Assembly (NCBI GenBank): GCA_000091205.1
Contig: AP006488.2
Source of the DNA: Cyanidioschyzon merolae
Lineage: Eukaryota
Length of the DNA stretch: 64,000 nucleotides
Strand: one strand, 5' to 3'
Part shown: in pieces, positions 11,814 to 24,212 of the stretch
Layout: each line of letters starts with the position of its first letter
Numbering within the stretch: position 1 is the stretch's first letter
The notes under the pieces: model-generated
What the model was told of the DNA's origin: nothing
Seen by the model: only the letters and a program-made list of their open reading frames with translations
Database searches by the model: none
Translations under genes and position numbers: made by a program

Positions 11814-12761
11814 TCAAGGAGTCCTGTTATGGCCAACCCATCTGCCGAGCAGACATGGGGCATTCGCTGAACGTTGACGAGCTTCTGCGGTGATCACTCG
11901 AAAGCCCGCTCGCTTGTAAAGAGAGAGTGCCCCAGCGTTTTCTCTCTCTACGTGGAGATAGATTGTGCGATGCTGCCACGCTCTGGTCTGCGACTCGCAC
12001 TGCGCCAATAGATATCGGGCAATGCCGCGTCGACGATAGTCCGGATGCGTCGCAAGGTTGTACAAGTACACGCGCCGCACGATTCCCTGGTTACAATTGC
12101 GGCCGTGTGCGCGTCCGGAAACATTCTTACCCGCTATACGTTCGAGAAGATCAAGCAACGCGGCCGTGAATGACGTCACCTGGACTCGCACAGGTTCGAG
12201 CGACATTTCCACTATACCGACAACCATCTCTGCAACTGGCTCCGAAGCGCCCCCTGGTGCATGCAGACTATCGCGCGGCGGTCGCGGCGTAAGCGCTTTG
12301 TCTTTCGAGCATACAGACGCCTTTGCTATGAAAAGTCGGTGGTTATTTGGCCGAAACTTCATGCGTAAGCGGAAACCTAGCCAAGCCTCTAGCGTCAACA
12401 AAAAGAGCTCCCACTCTTCTCGCCAGCCGCGGTAGAAGGACTCAGGTGCGCCAGCTGAAGACTGATTATCTTTCACTTGGTGCGCAGAATCCTGTGTGGC
12501 GTTACTGCGGAAACAGATTGCGTAAACCTGAGCGGCCTTCCAGACCTCATCAGCCGTGCAGGCCTCCTGCACACGAACTAACGAACCGCTGCCTGTTGTC
12601 GACAGCAACGGTGCGCCCTGAATTGCAGCTTCCGGTACCTTGACCAACGGTTTCTTCGATTTATTCTCCGTCGCCAGTGTGCATTTGGCCGCTTTATACT
12701 GAGCACACAATCGGGCTCTGATAATAGAGCTCTGGAACGCTGCGAATAGCTTGCGAGCCAT
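11814..12761 (-). CDS. GNAT-family N-acetyltransferase, with a long N-terminal extension that may be an organellar targeting region
   Basis: The C-terminal region carries GNAT motif A/B: IVRRVYLYNLATHPDYRRRGIARYLL ... IYLHVERENAGALSLYKRAGFRV (R-x-x-G-x-A acetyl-CoA-binding motif). Confidence 0.7.
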   Translation of the reverse strand: MARKLFAAFQSSIIRARLCAQYKAAKCTLATENKSKKPLVKVPEAAIQGAPLLSTTGSGSLVRVQEACTADEVWKAAQVYAICFRSNATQDSAHQVKDNQSSAGAPESFYRGWREEWELFLLTLEAWLGFRLRMKFRPNNHRLFIAKASVCSKDKALTPRPPRDSLHAPGGASEPVAEMVVGIVEMSLEPVRVQVTSFTAALLDLLERIAGKNVSGRAHGRNCNQGIVRRVYLYNLATHPDYRRRGIARYLLAQCESQTRAWQHRTIYLHVERENAGALSLYKRAGFRVITAEARQRSANAPCLLGRWVGHNRTP

Positions 12762-15700
12762 GGTAAACGGAGATCACCAGACGAATCTTAGGCTGAAGAC
12801 GCCTCGCACTGGGTGCGCACGCGCGCGCTCCTCTGGATGTCTGGATTGTCCAGTCCTTCTTGTTTCTCCCGTGATCTCGGTTTGCGTGGCCCCTGGCCCT
12901 CTGATGTGTCGTGTAGCTCTATTGGTATACTTGTCCAGCTTTTGGGACAATCAAAAGATTCGGTTTCTTTGTCATCTGATCCACACCAGACCTTGAAAGT
13001 TTTATCTGTGACTGTTTTCTTTTGTTATCTTACATTTGGGGTTTCAAATTTGCCGATTTCTCCTGTTACTCCAGCACCATTGTCATCCGTGGAACGATAT
13101 TGGGAGCATTTTGCAAGTACCGATTTCACAGCTTCTTGCCACTTTCTCCGGATTTATTGCATAGACGGAAGTTGCGATCTACGCCTCGCTCACCATTATC
13201 ATATTCGATGTATACAGGCTCGATACGCGGTTGGTAGGCGTGAGATTTGGCTCTGGTCAGCAGCACCCATATATCCAGAACATTGCCTGCTTCAATCGCC
13301 GTCCTGTGGCAGGTGAATGCTTGCTTCCTCGCTCGGTGAAAATCCTCTACGGGCGCAGAGGGCTCTCCTCGATGTGCTCCTCCATTTTCGCGTCCGACGC
13401 CGTATTCTATGATCGCGAGCATCTTTTGGACGCCCCCTCGGTAAGTGCTCTGTCCGCTGCACACGTGATTGCACATTGTTCAACTCGATATTCTAGCATC
13501 CGATTCCGTGCACGCTCCTCGTTTTTCTACGTACCCTTCTTAAAAAGCTGACCCATACAGGCAACGGGCATCGATATAACTTAGCCATATGCGAGAATCT
13601 TGTCCACAATTTCCAACCGCTTGCGGCGATGCGGCGTAGGCTCCAGAGACTCACTTTTGCTTCGCTCGCTAGTTTGCCAGACCGTTCCTTCACTCGTGCC
13701 CGTCCGCTGGGACGATTATGACAGGCGCGGAGTTGAGCTTCACGACCGCACATGAAAGTCGGAGTGATCGAAAGTTACTCCACCAAAGCGTTGGCCGTTT
13801 CCATAGGGATGTCGGCCAGCTATTTGAGTCTCACGGAAGCGCAAATCTAGACGCACGTAGTCCTTCGTTCGAGGCCGATGTAGACCGCATTTTGGTGAAT
13901 CTGTGCGAGACCATGCGTGTGCGAATCTCACCGCTCGTCCGAGTGTTTCGTATTCTGATCCTTCTTGCGTTTCTAGCCCTCATAAGAGTTTGATATCTGT
14001 GGGAACTTCGAGTTGTTGACGAACGATTCCCACTTGCAATTGACTTCGACGGAGCACAGTTCGCCACCTGGCTGTTGCGCAAACCTCTAGTTCGCCCATT
14101 TATTCTCCGCATATGCATCTTTCTTTGTCTTATGTCGCTCCTTGTTTGTCTCCTAGTTCATGCATACCTTCGATTCTTCGGGCAAAAATGCATACTTAGC
14201 TTCATGAACTCGATATCATCGAGCAGTCCTTCCTCTTCTTCGACGCTCTTGTTCTGCATTTGATGCAAATTTCGTACCTCAGCGTGAATGCCAACCCAGA
14301 ACGAATCGAAAAAGACGCGCAGTGAAGCGCTTGTCAGAGCGATCTAGAGGCGCGTTTGCAAAAGTCTATTATACTCTTCCAATGGAAAACTGGAAAAGCA
14401 CTCCAAATGCAGAACCATCATCGCTTTTGTGGGCGGGATATCCCCCGGCAGCAGATCCGTCTTGTCCCTCACATCTTCGTCTTCCATGGACATTCAACGG
14501 AGATGTGTCGCGCTATCTACATCCTCCGCGCCGACGGGCTTCGACGAAGCTCCTGCCATGAGGAGCTCTCTCATGCCGTTGCACCTTGTGATCGAGTCAT
14601 CGCCCGCTGGTCTCTACGTCATAGAATCCTTTGTCCGCCTGTGTCGCTGCGCGCTGAAACACCTCAGGATTGGCATGAGAACTTTCACATCATGGTGCAC
14701 CTTTGCGCCATCGAAGTCGTTTTGATTCACAAATCAAGAGCGGCCTTTGACATCGCAAAGACGCTCAGCAGGGAAACGAAATGCGTGCGGGGTTGGTGAC
14801 GGAAGGAAGCGAATGACGTGCATTCGGTATGTGCTCGGGTAGACTGAGGACAAGAAAAGCCGTCGGTTTCTGTAGCACCTCTAATAAGTCCTCCATTTTG
14901 ACATGGGCTCCGACACACCCGAAGAACAAGGTCATGAGCGTGAAGTACGTACGTTCCGGGAGTATGCTCTGAAGAAGCACTTGTTCTATGACGTTGTCAA
15001 CATGTTTCGGCTACGGCAAATACGTTCCGGGATGTACCTTAACGACCGCTGCGTTGTGGTGTAGCGATGAGCGCGTCTCCTCGTCCGACAGAACACCCAA
15101 GCTATGAGCGTCGGTTAACTGGGTATTACATCCAAGCGTGACGAGTTTTGCTGGGGACGGTATCTACCTCCGTGCCAAACACTCTAGGATTTCTTGAATG
15201 CTCTCACAGAATCATTATCCTAAAATGCCGGGTGCGCTCAGAATGTGCATGCTACTTGATGGATAGAGTGTCTCTACTTACGCTTTACGGATTGTCCATC
15301 TCTGTTTCTCATGCATAATCGTAATTCAGCAATCCACAAACGTTAGGGAATATTGTCAAACAAGCGTCAACGATCCCAAGGGCCGCGGTCGCCGCAACAA
15401 AAGAGTCGAGCACCAGTCCATTTCGAGGAGGATCCAAGCTCTCGAACAAGCATTTGCCTTTCTGAATCTGCGCATAGTAGCCCGAAAACGTTTTCAGTCT
15501 GGTCGAACCATGAAGAATACGTTGGGGCGCATAAGTTGGTCCATCTCCTATTCTTTGCTCTTTTCCAAATGGAAGATGATTTATAGAAAGCAATTTTGTT
15601 TCTGATGATACAAGTACTGGAAGAAAAATCCGTATCGTAGATGTCCAGGAATTTCGAACTCTCGATGCTTTTTTGATGCAAAGCTATGGTGCAGTTTCCA

Positions 15701-16572
15701 TTGGACACGATTTCCGCGATGGCTCAATTCCAAGACACTGTTCCGTGCTAACAGAAAACAAAGAAGGCTCTGGGAGCGTATCCAGTGAGAGGTTTCCTGC
15801 CGCCTTTAAATGCAGTTTTCTCGATGGCTACATACTGAAAAGGATTTGTCATTCGAATGGAGTCGGGTATTTCAAGCGATACCTTCAGAGTACGTTCGGC
15901 ATGAGCCAGTCAAGGAGTCTTTATATATCGACGTCAAATGCTTCCCTTCTTCCACCTCGCGTCACGAACTGCTGCATTCACGAGTTGCTGTTCAATGAAA
16001 AGATCAAAACATGGGTAATACGCAATTTGAGCATGCTACTCGTAAGGAATAGAGAATCATAGACGCCTGTGCGTATGCATTTGATCATCATTTGGGTTAT
16101 TTGACGAACCTTTGTTCAACGGCGCCACGATGCATCTTAAAGGCGGCGACTTGCTGAATTCTAGCGGCGAAGATTCAATGGAGCCGTTCCGAACATATGA
16201 CCAATAATCCCAGAGCTAGGTATGCATCCGTATGCCATAATTGCTGTATCTTGAATGTCTAAGCTGTGCAAATAACAAAAGTTGGGAATAAACGAAATGC
16301 AGGAACAGAGCGAGCGCTTTACGATTCCACAGTCAACTGACACGGGTGTGGAGGCGTGCTCGCGGTTCCGCCATCGCGTCCGTCTGCTGGAACCCGAACC
16401 CTAAATCCATCGGTTTATCGAGCTCCGTCACGATCACTTTTATCATCAGCTCATTTTCCATAACGATTTCCTTGAGACCATATGCTTCGCACCCTTGCAG
16501 TGTTGCAGCAGAACTATGTGGTCTTCCGTTCATTGATGAGAAGACGCCCCGCAGCGGATAACAGATGAAGCG

Positions 16573-16584
16573 CCCCCCCCCCCC
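16573..16584. repeat. Homopolymer C12 tract
   Basis: cgcccccccccccc read directly; lies in an ORF-poor region. Confidence 0.9.
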
Positions 16585-17525
16585 GGTTACGCTACAGCGT
16601 CGATATCTTCAGGTTTCGAGGCTTTAGAGGTACATAACGACCCACTGGCCTCCATAGAGCAGCATGCATTTGGCTGTATTCACAGCATGCCAGCTGGTCA
16701 TCCTCGGCATGGAGCATGCGCAAGCTTTTTGGCAACAGCCGTATCGGCGGGATATATTTCGCGGGGATTTTTCTGCCGGAGCAGAAATTCTTGTGAAATT
16801 TTCACATGATCGTGGCGGCGTCGGGAGCGCACACTGATCGACAGGCGAATAAACGCTGAAGGTACGAAACAAGCGTAGATTCTGCTGCGTCCGTTGCTTC
16901 TGTCGCCAGTGCAGCAGGTAGTGTGCACGAGCAAGCTACCTTTTCGATCGAACCAGATTCATGGCTCGCTCGGGCGCTCGCCAGCATCCAGCTGTAGTCT
17001 TACTTTTCATGGGACAGTAGCTCCGCTCTCTGTTAAGAAACAACTGCTTATATTCCCAGTCGAAGAGGTGTTCGATGACCATGGCTCTTGGGAATTTAGT
17101 CCATTGCACAAGAACCAAGTGAGGATCTTTATTCCGCGCTAGTTTTGTTGAAACGGACTCCTGCGAACAAAAAATGCACAACCATATTGCTACACATCGA
17201 TTACTGACTGAGGCGGATCACAAACTGAGGCTGCTTGCATGAACTTTCAGCGTCGCATGCCGGCGTCAGACTGAAATAGAACACTGAACTGCTCGCTGCG
17301 TTTGTGCCTTTTGTTTTTACAGACATTTTTATACTTACAGCTTCGACATTCGCCTTTTATCAATGATTGCTTGCGTATCCACACGTGGTTTCCAGAGTCT
17401 CGGTCGAGCTCCCCGAGTGGATAATTCGAGTCTCTGCCTCTGTACCTAGCTTCATTATCGTCATCGAAATCATTTGCTAAGCACTTGTAGAGAACTTTGT
17501 GAAAGAAACGAAATCACAAGCCGAT

Positions 17526-18116
17526 TCATACTTGCAAGCGTCCACTCTTCCCTTTCCTTGAGTGAACCATGCTAAAATCACACGCTGCTCTTGGTATAGG
17601 TCTTTCTGTTTCAAAGTAACTCGTCCCGCAGCGATTCGGCCGACCAGATTGAGGAGCAAAGAGTACACGACGCTGGTCTAGAACGACTTTCAAAGGTCGT
17701 GCCGAAAGTTCGTTGATATTTAACGTAATGTGATCGATTCCGTTCGAAAAGCATGCTCTCCCCTCTTCGTGACGATTAACGATACGGGATTCGATACCGT
17801 CGTGGTACATCTCTCGAAATACGTCCTTAGAGGTTTCGGTCCTTTCTGCAAGCATGAATAAGGGTCGAGGGCTTAGAATTCAGTCACGGCGGCGATCGCT
17901 TTTTTCGGGGAGTGCGTCAACGCTCTTCACGACGGAAGCACAAGCGGATAGGAAGTACTTGGCATGGAGACCAGCATCGATATTCCTTCCAATGTTTTGT
18001 TCAGTCACGAACAACGGCGCATGCCACAAATCTGCTACAGAATCGAACAGTGTGGGTTCGCATACGCAACATGCCGAGCGCTTGTACAAAGTAGATTTCC
18101 CAAAAGAAGCCCTCAA
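17526..18116 (-). CDS. Candidate methylmalonyl-CoA epimerase / glyoxalase-family (VOC) gene in two exons (18116..17888 and 17845..17526) joined across a putative 42-nt intron (17846..17887). Tentative.
   Basis: Minus ORF 17526..17855 encodes EMYHDGIESRIV..GIDHITLNINEL...RRVLFAPQSGRPNRCGTSYFE. This resembles the C-terminal half of methylmalonyl-CoA epimerase (ELLHPLG..GGMHHICIEVDNI...KPVIFLHPKDCGGVLVELEQ). The upstream minus ORF 17880..18116 ends with ...VDALPEKSDRR, which resembles ...SEAVPLPEHG. Splicing GTGACT...TTGCAG (phase 1) joins the two ORFs in frame as ...EKSDRR-Q-RTETSKDVFREMYHDG. Confidence 0.35.
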
Positions 18117-18589
18117 TCCCAGGTTACAGCTCAGGACGCGGAAATGGTAAAGAGCTTCCAGGGGAGCCTTCTGTACCCATAGCGGGCATGTAGCGAGTGA
18201 CGACGCAAGCTTTCACGTGTCACAGCGCGACCTTTGGAAGAGTAGGCTCGAGGAGGAATCGGATACCTGAGCATAGCCGAGTGTCATCGCTGCGAAGGGT
18301 GCACCGAGGCCGAATAGGAAGAAAATGATTATGGTACACGAGGCGAAGATCGCAACTTCTTCAAGTGCATGAGCTGCAATGACAACAGTCGGTAGCGGTC
18401 TCATCGTGGCGTATGCGCAACAATAGAAATCCTTCGACTGCTGGCAAAGGAGCTGGAGAAACAAAATTAACTGGCTACTGAAAATGGGAAATGAGAAACG
18501 CAAAGGAAGCAGTCGCGGTAAAAGTTCGCAGCCGCTCTTGTTGAAGACACTGGGAAGAAACCAAAACTTTCACGGGGACTCCTGTTTTG

Positions 18590-19660
18590 GCTAGGAGCAA
18601 CCTTTACATTTTATTCTGACCCGGTTGCAGAATATTATGGTCCTCAAATCAATCCTGTCCCACCCTGGCAGCGCTCTATAGCCTGAGATCTGAATCACTA
18701 TGCAATGCACCGTACATATGAATGGCGTATTGCTACTAGGATATCTATTCGTTCCTGAACAGTTCAAAGAGGACCGCATTCCTCCTTTAGGCTAGGTATA
18801 TCACAGTACTCAGATAGCCGACGAAGACGTAAGGGAGGAAGTAAACGCGCCCTGCGAAAAAAGCCGATACTCCCAAACACTCCTTGCCCGTTCATTGCAG
18901 AGAACGACCCGTTGATTAGTTTAAGGAAAGCAAAAGCCACAATAGTAGTCATCGCGGGTGTCTCTGTTCATCACCAGCTTGTTCGTATGGTCCTGGAAAG
19001 ACTTGGATACAGTCGCAAAAAAAAGAGTTCTAATTCGCCCAGGGGCATCTTTCAGGGAAATCGCAACCAAAGCGTAGCTAGGGAGTCACGATCCGCATGA
19101 AGACCAGGTACGTCGGATTTTTTCAGTCGATGAGACTTGCTTTTGATGAAACGGTCGGAAAGTATATGGGTATTCGTGGAGCGGGGAGCCCGTTGTACGT
19201 AAGGTTGAGCTGGTAGAGAACGACGACATTATCACCTGTTCTAGCTGCACTGTATTCATTCGGTCGCCTCAGTTTCAAACATAATTGAGGCTCAAACAAT
19301 AGCAACAACAGATTCGTCGAGTCACTAAACACTTTTCCCTAACGTCTGGCGACATCGCTCTATGGAACGGAGTTGTGTTGCATCGTTCCCCTTGTGTTTG
19401 AGCTTTTTGCCGAATCTATTGGGGTGGAGCTGATTGTCATTCCTCCTTTCTCATCGTAGCTCTACCCGATCGAACGAGTGTTTTAAGCCGCGAGACGTAA
19501 TGATCGCTCTACAGGGTGAATCGCTGAAGCTTTCAGCACGGTGACGAGTCGGGTCACTTGTCAACTTTCTTCCGCAAGTCCCTCTCCTTCCGGGCAGGTC
19601 CTCTTCGAAGGTCATAGAGAAAAGCGTTCACTTGAAGAAACATAAAATTCAAGGTAAAGT
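18590..19660 (+). repeat. Dispersed repeat family R2, copy 2 (boundaries approximate)
   Basis: Collinear with copy 1 through the blocks gagatctgaat, agtactcagat, aaagcaaaagcc, tcaccagcttgttcgtatggtcctgg, cagtcgcaaaaaaaagagttctaattc, ttttttcagtcgatgagacttgcttttgatgaaacggtcgg, gagaacgacgacattatcacctgttctagctgcactgtattcattcggtcgcctcagtttc, ccgcaagtccctctccttccggg, gcgttcacttgaagaaacataaaattcaagg. Confidence 0.6.
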
Positions 19661-20363
19661 TTTTGACTTGAAAGTCGAGGTTCCTGGAGGCGCGTTTTCG
19701 CTGGTTTCGACACAAAACGGAACAAATCCTCTTCTCCCCGACCACCACGCAAAGAAGATCAAGTGAAGAAGAGGAAGAATGGAGGAGATGGGCGGAAAAA
19801 GATGTTTGCCCTTCAGAGCAATGAGGAGACGAGTGATACAGAGGTCATGATTTTTAGCAACTTTGTATTGATGAGTTCACCCAGCGGCTCTGCACGCATG
19901 AGGTTCGTGAATCGAGACTTCAATGCCTCCAGGCAATATCGGACGCCTTGTGGAGCTGAAGACGAGACCCCCAGAGCTGACGTGAGCGAACGTTGTGGCG
20001 ATCTCTGGTGCTCGAAGCGTAGAAGGTGAAGCTGAAGCCGATACCAACTGGCCGATCGAAAAAGTCTAAGAGGCGTCTGCGAGTGGATATGCATTTACCC
20101 TGCACGGCCGTAAGGCATTATTTGTTTCAATAACATTTGTATCACGACCAAGGTAACAGAACTTTCGCTCAGTACCGACGAAAATCGATCCTCAAAACGC
20201 AGCCCAAACAACACACCCCTGGTCAAGCTCAAAATCTTGCGGACTGTGGCACAGTCGCCTTTAATCCTGAAAGTTCTTTGGTACCGCGGCGGCAGATGCA
20301 GGGTCGGCAACATCCGTTGCACACGAAGGTGTTGCTCATTCACGAAAAGGTCTTGCATTGCTT

Positions 20364-23300
20364 CTATGACTCTGCTTCTGCCTGATGTCGGCTAACACTA
20401 CTACCTAGAGCAGCAAGTGTGGTTCGAGCGGCATTGGAAGCTATATGGACTGCAAGATCCGGACCGTAGTGATATTCTAACGACCAATCATCCAGCGGAT
20501 CTGCTGGGAATACAAGCTCTTGATCACGTACCACGCGAAACCCAGCCAGCGCCGGATCGGGAAAAATGCCGCTCTGTGCAGGAGGCTTCCTCTCCGAATC
20601 TAAGCCTCCGATACCTGCGAACATGTTCAGTTGAGCAGCCTTATTCGTGAACGAACCACCGGGCGACGTTCCCGTAGACAGCGGTATACCGAGCTGCATC
20701 GGTGAACCAGGCTGGAGCCCAGACAATCTCGCGGCAAACGCCGACGGCACGCTTCCGGTTGTGAGCCCGATGTTGGACGAGCGTGAGGGTATTCGCGGTG
20801 GTAACGAGTCCGAGTAGCCTTCGGATTCGGCAGATGATACCGGCGGTGGTCGACTGAGTCGCCCGCCATCCGAAGCTTGACTCAAAGCGCGCTGCTCTCG
20901 CATGATCGCCTCAGCAAGCACTTCGTTGATCATCTGCAGCTCGCGTCGCTCAGAAAGATACCGCCCTCTGCGAATTTCAGGAGACGTTGATGTCGGAGCA
21001 ACAAACGCTACACTCCGCCGTGGATTCCAAGCGACCACTGGTGCTGGATGGGGCCACAACGGATGATAACCGGTCCGCAGCCACTCGACGCCACATTCGA
21101 ACCCGATTTCATACAAGGCTCGAATTTGCTCTTCGCTCAAATATCCCGCATATTCATAGTCCGTTAGCGTCGAGTCTTCCCTCAGTATATCGTGAATGGA
21201 CTTCATACCTTCGAGGAATGAGTGCAGCTCCCTTGCAAGACAAATTTTGGACCAGCAATCTAAGCGAAATCGCTGCAAAATATCCCTCAGTTTTTCAGAC
21301 CTGCGATCTCGAGCAGAAAGCAGCGCAGCACCGCATATCTCAATGCGGATCCGCGTGTCGAGACCGAGTTTCGGCAACGCACAGGTCCATGTCTCTCGGA
21401 AGGCATCATACGAAGTCTCGTATCCTTCAACAATCTCCCTGTACCCATGGCCGTCATCCACAGAGACGCGAATGTTTGCAGCCTCCCCACGTTGAGCCAG
21501 AGCATTCAGATCCACTACACCAACGAAATGGATCGTGAACTGCCGCATCGGGCTCCAGATGCTCCGCGCGGGATCCTGTCCGGCGTCTGGACCGACCGCG
21601 TCACTCCATATCTGTACGGTGAGTGTCTCACAGGCCGCCTTCCTGGACCCTGGATTCGAGTCGACAACTTGAAAATCTGTGCTAAAGCAGGTTACACGTG
21701 CGCATCGCAAAGGATCATCGCCGCCGCTGCCGTCGTCCTCAATCATCTGGAAGGTGTGTTCGCCTCCCGCTACAACCGTCACATCGAACATTTCGGGATT
21801 TTCCAGTCCAGCATCCGCGTCAAAATTCTGATCATCCATCAGGGCCGCAAAATCGTTCGCTATGCCGCTTCGACATCCCGGGGAGGATGCGAGAGGAACG
21901 ATCGCACCGGATGCTGCGAACACAGGCACATCGTCGACTCCGCCATAGACGCATATCCAGCGATTGCCAGCGTATGCCTCACCGGATGGCAAGTGGCGCC
22001 AAGTTCCCGGTGGTAGCCACAGGACGCGGCGAGCGCACCCCACAGAGGGCAGGATCGGTTCGAGGAAAGGCGCCACCAGCAGCTCATCCCCGAAAAAGTA
22101 CTGCGTACAGCACGCAGTGTACGCGAGCGGATTCTGCGTCGGATACTGGTAATACAATGGACGGCAAAGTGGGGTGCTTTTGAGCGAGGCCTTGACGCAC
22201 TGCGAGTATATATAGGGGATGAGGCGATGGCGGTAACGCAGCGCTGCCGTCGCCGCCACAGCATACGTTTTCTCGTAAGACCACGGCCAGCGTCGTATGA
22301 ATTCTGACTTGTGGCCATGGAGGCGAAGAATCGGTGAATATACGCCCAGCTGGACCCAGCGAACGTAAAGCTCGCCATCCGGCTGAACACCTCCCATAAA
22401 CCCGCCTATATCATGAGACCAGAAGAAGAACCCCACATTCGCTGCTGTTGCAGTGATCACTGGTTGCACCGCTAGTGATTCCCAGGTGCTGTGCGTATCA
22501 CCGGAGAATCCCACCGGGTAACGATGGTTCCCGAGACCTCCGTATCGAGAAAGGATCAGTGCTCGGGGCTCAGCACGCCCAAATTCTCGTGCAGAGTCCA
22601 GGCAGTGCAGATGATTCAGGTATATGAGCGGGTCCAGGCCAGCGACGCCTGACTGCGTTCCTTGCTGCCAATCGATCCACCAAAAATCCACGCCTATTCG
22701 TTCATGTGGATTATGCAGGAACTCAAAGTAGGCCTTCATGAAAGATGGCGAGGCGACGTTCAGGTACAGCGGTGTTCCACTGGAAGCATCGACGCCGAGC
22801 GCAGTGGCCATTGCCGTATACATTGATTCATGAGCATGGACTCCATCAGCGGGGTGAACATTTAACCCGATCCGAACACCCAATTGTTTCAGGGCCCTGA
22901 GTGCCTCGAGCGGGTCTGGGAACAGCTCTGGATTCCAAGTGTAACCGGTCCAACCGGGCAAGTGCCAATCCATATCCAGTATGCACACGGACAGTGGAAT
23001 GTTTCGACCATTTTTCCATTCATTGACCCACTGGATAATCTCCGATTGGGAGTAAGGCCACCAGCGAGACCACCAGTTGCCGAGAGCATATCGCGGCAGG
23101 AGTGGAACTTTTCCTGCGATGCTGGTGAACGTCTGCAGTGCACGGGAGTACTGGTCGCCATACGCAAATACATAGAGATCCACTGATCTCGGATCTCGCG
23201 CTCGCTCACAGATCCAGCCATGAGCATCGAAGATAGGTGATGTCGAGTCGTCAACAATCGCCCAACCTCGTCTCGAAATGATGCCGTTCCCAAGATCGAC

Positions 23301-24212
23301 ATACCTGCCAAAGTGGTACTCCCGTTGGGAGCGCTTATCGTACGCCCACCCGTTTGCCCCATCCAGTGTCCGGCATGTACCGCCACAGTTACCAATGCTG
23401 GGATCGGAGATTCCGAAGACAAACTCAAATGGATTCACCTCACCAACGGGCTGCGTTATCCAACCAGCAAGGTTGAAATCGCTTTGCAGGCCCGCAATCG
23501 GACCAATGTCATTGAGGATGATCCGCAGGGCTCCATTCTCGAAAGCACCATGAGACTTCGCGGGATCGTATAACAGCGTGAAGACTTTGGTTCTGATCAG
23601 GAGCAGGCCATCTTGCCTTCGACGAACGCTCATTTCAAACTCCTGCCCAAGATCGCGCCGCCAAAACCTCATCGTCGGGCGATCCTCGAAGCGATTGTGC
23701 GGCGGATTGAGCGGTACACACTCGCAACGCACTGCATATTCGTTTAAAACTGTAAATCGAGCTTGAAATTCGCTGATCCGATTCGGATCAATCCACTTCC
23801 CACTGACGATCCTCTCTTTCGGAGCCAGGGGCGAGCCCCAGCGCGCGAGGCAGAGTGCGGAGCTCGAAGAAGGCTGCAGCAAGTGCAGCGGCACACTCAA
23901 TAGCCCTGCTGCCTCCGCAGTTTCATTACAGGGGGCAACCGCGAAAGCCGCTGTTCCCGTACTAGCTCTAGCTGGTTCATCGGCGGCAGCGTTTGGGAGC
24001 GAGCTCACAGCGGGCAGTCCCAAGATACCCCGACGCCTACGATGCGATCGTTGAGAGAGCGCACCCAGGGAGCCCGTCAAACCAGCAGGGCTTAAAGGAG
24101 GCGTTGACTGCTGTCTTGGGGTGTCTCCATAACTTCCAATATTGTAGCTGTACCTACAATCCTCTTTAGAGATTTTGGAGTCACCGTTCAAACCCTGTTC
24201 CGAGGAAAACAT
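20364..24212 (-). CDS. Glycoside hydrolase family 31 (alpha-glucosidase/alpha-xylosidase-like) with long Ser/Pro-rich, low-complexity N- and C-terminal regions
   Basis: A 1282-aa uninterrupted ORF. GH31 catalytic core signatures: GVDFWWIDWQQG (WiDmNE-type nucleophile region) and FFWSHDIGGFMGG (acid/base region), plus the GNHRYPVGFSGDTHSTWESL context. The start codon may be internal to the ORF. Confidence 0.8.
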   Translation of the reverse strand: MFSSEQGLNGDSKISKEDCRYSYNIGSYGDTPRQQSTPPLSPAGLTGSLGALSQRSHRRRRGILGLPAVSSLPNAAADEPARASTGTAAFAVAPCNETAEAAGLLSVPLHLLQPSSSSALCLARWGSPLAPKERIVSGKWIDPNRISEFQARFTVLNEYAVRCECVPLNPPHNRFEDRPTMRFWRRDLGQEFEMSVRRRQDGLLLIRTKVFTLLYDPAKSHGAFENGALRIILNDIGPIAGLQSDFNLAGWITQPVGEVNPFEFVFGISDPSIGNCGGTCRTLDGANGWAYDKRSQREYHFGRYVDLGNGIISRRGWAIVDDSTSPIFDAHGWICERARDPRSVDLYVFAYGDQYSRALQTFTSIAGKVPLLPRYALGNWWSRWWPYSQSEIIQWVNEWKNGRNIPLSVCILDMDWHLPGWTGYTWNPELFPDPLEALRALKQLGVRIGLNVHPADGVHAHESMYTAMATALGVDASSGTPLYLNVASPSFMKAYFEFLHNPHERIGVDFWWIDWQQGTQSGVAGLDPLIYLNHLHCLDSAREFGRAEPRALILSRYGGLGNHRYPVGFSGDTHSTWESLAVQPVITATAANVGFFFWSHDIGGFMGGVQPDGELYVRWVQLGVYSPILRLHGHKSEFIRRWPWSYEKTYAVAATAALRYRHRLIPYIYSQCVKASLKSTPLCRPLYYQYPTQNPLAYTACCTQYFFGDELLVAPFLEPILPSVGCARRVLWLPPGTWRHLPSGEAYAGNRWICVYGGVDDVPVFAASGAIVPLASSPGCRSGIANDFAALMDDQNFDADAGLENPEMFDVTVVAGGEHTFQMIEDDGSGGDDPLRCARVTCFSTDFQVVDSNPGSRKAACETLTVQIWSDAVGPDAGQDPARSIWSPMRQFTIHFVGVVDLNALAQRGEAANIRVSVDDGHGYREIVEGYETSYDAFRETWTCALPKLGLDTRIRIEICGAALLSARDRRSEKLRDILQRFRLDCWSKICLARELHSFLEGMKSIHDILREDSTLTDYEYAGYLSEEQIRALYEIGFECGVEWLRTGYHPLWPHPAPVVAWNPRRSVAFVAPTSTSPEIRRGRYLSERRELQMINEVLAEAIMREQRALSQASDGGRLSRPPPVSSAESEGYSDSLPPRIPSRSSNIGLTTGSVPSAFAARLSGLQPGSPMQLGIPLSTGTSPGGSFTNKAAQLNMFAGIGGLDSERKPPAQSGIFPDPALAGFRVVRDQELVFPADPLDDWSLEYHYGPDLAVHIASNAARTTLAALGSSVSRHQAEAES

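Noticed and set aside
21196-22390. Antisense ORFs inside the GH31 gene (for example 21447..22016+, 21698..22183+, 21860..22390-)
   Set aside because: Long spurious frames are expected opposite a GC-rich 3.8-kb coding region. They have no motifs. The sense frame carries the full GH31 signature set.
23278-23300. GTATGT donor-like motif on the minus strand inside the GH31 coding region
   Set aside because: The GH31 reading frame is continuous across it with conserved motifs on both sides, so there is no need for an intron.
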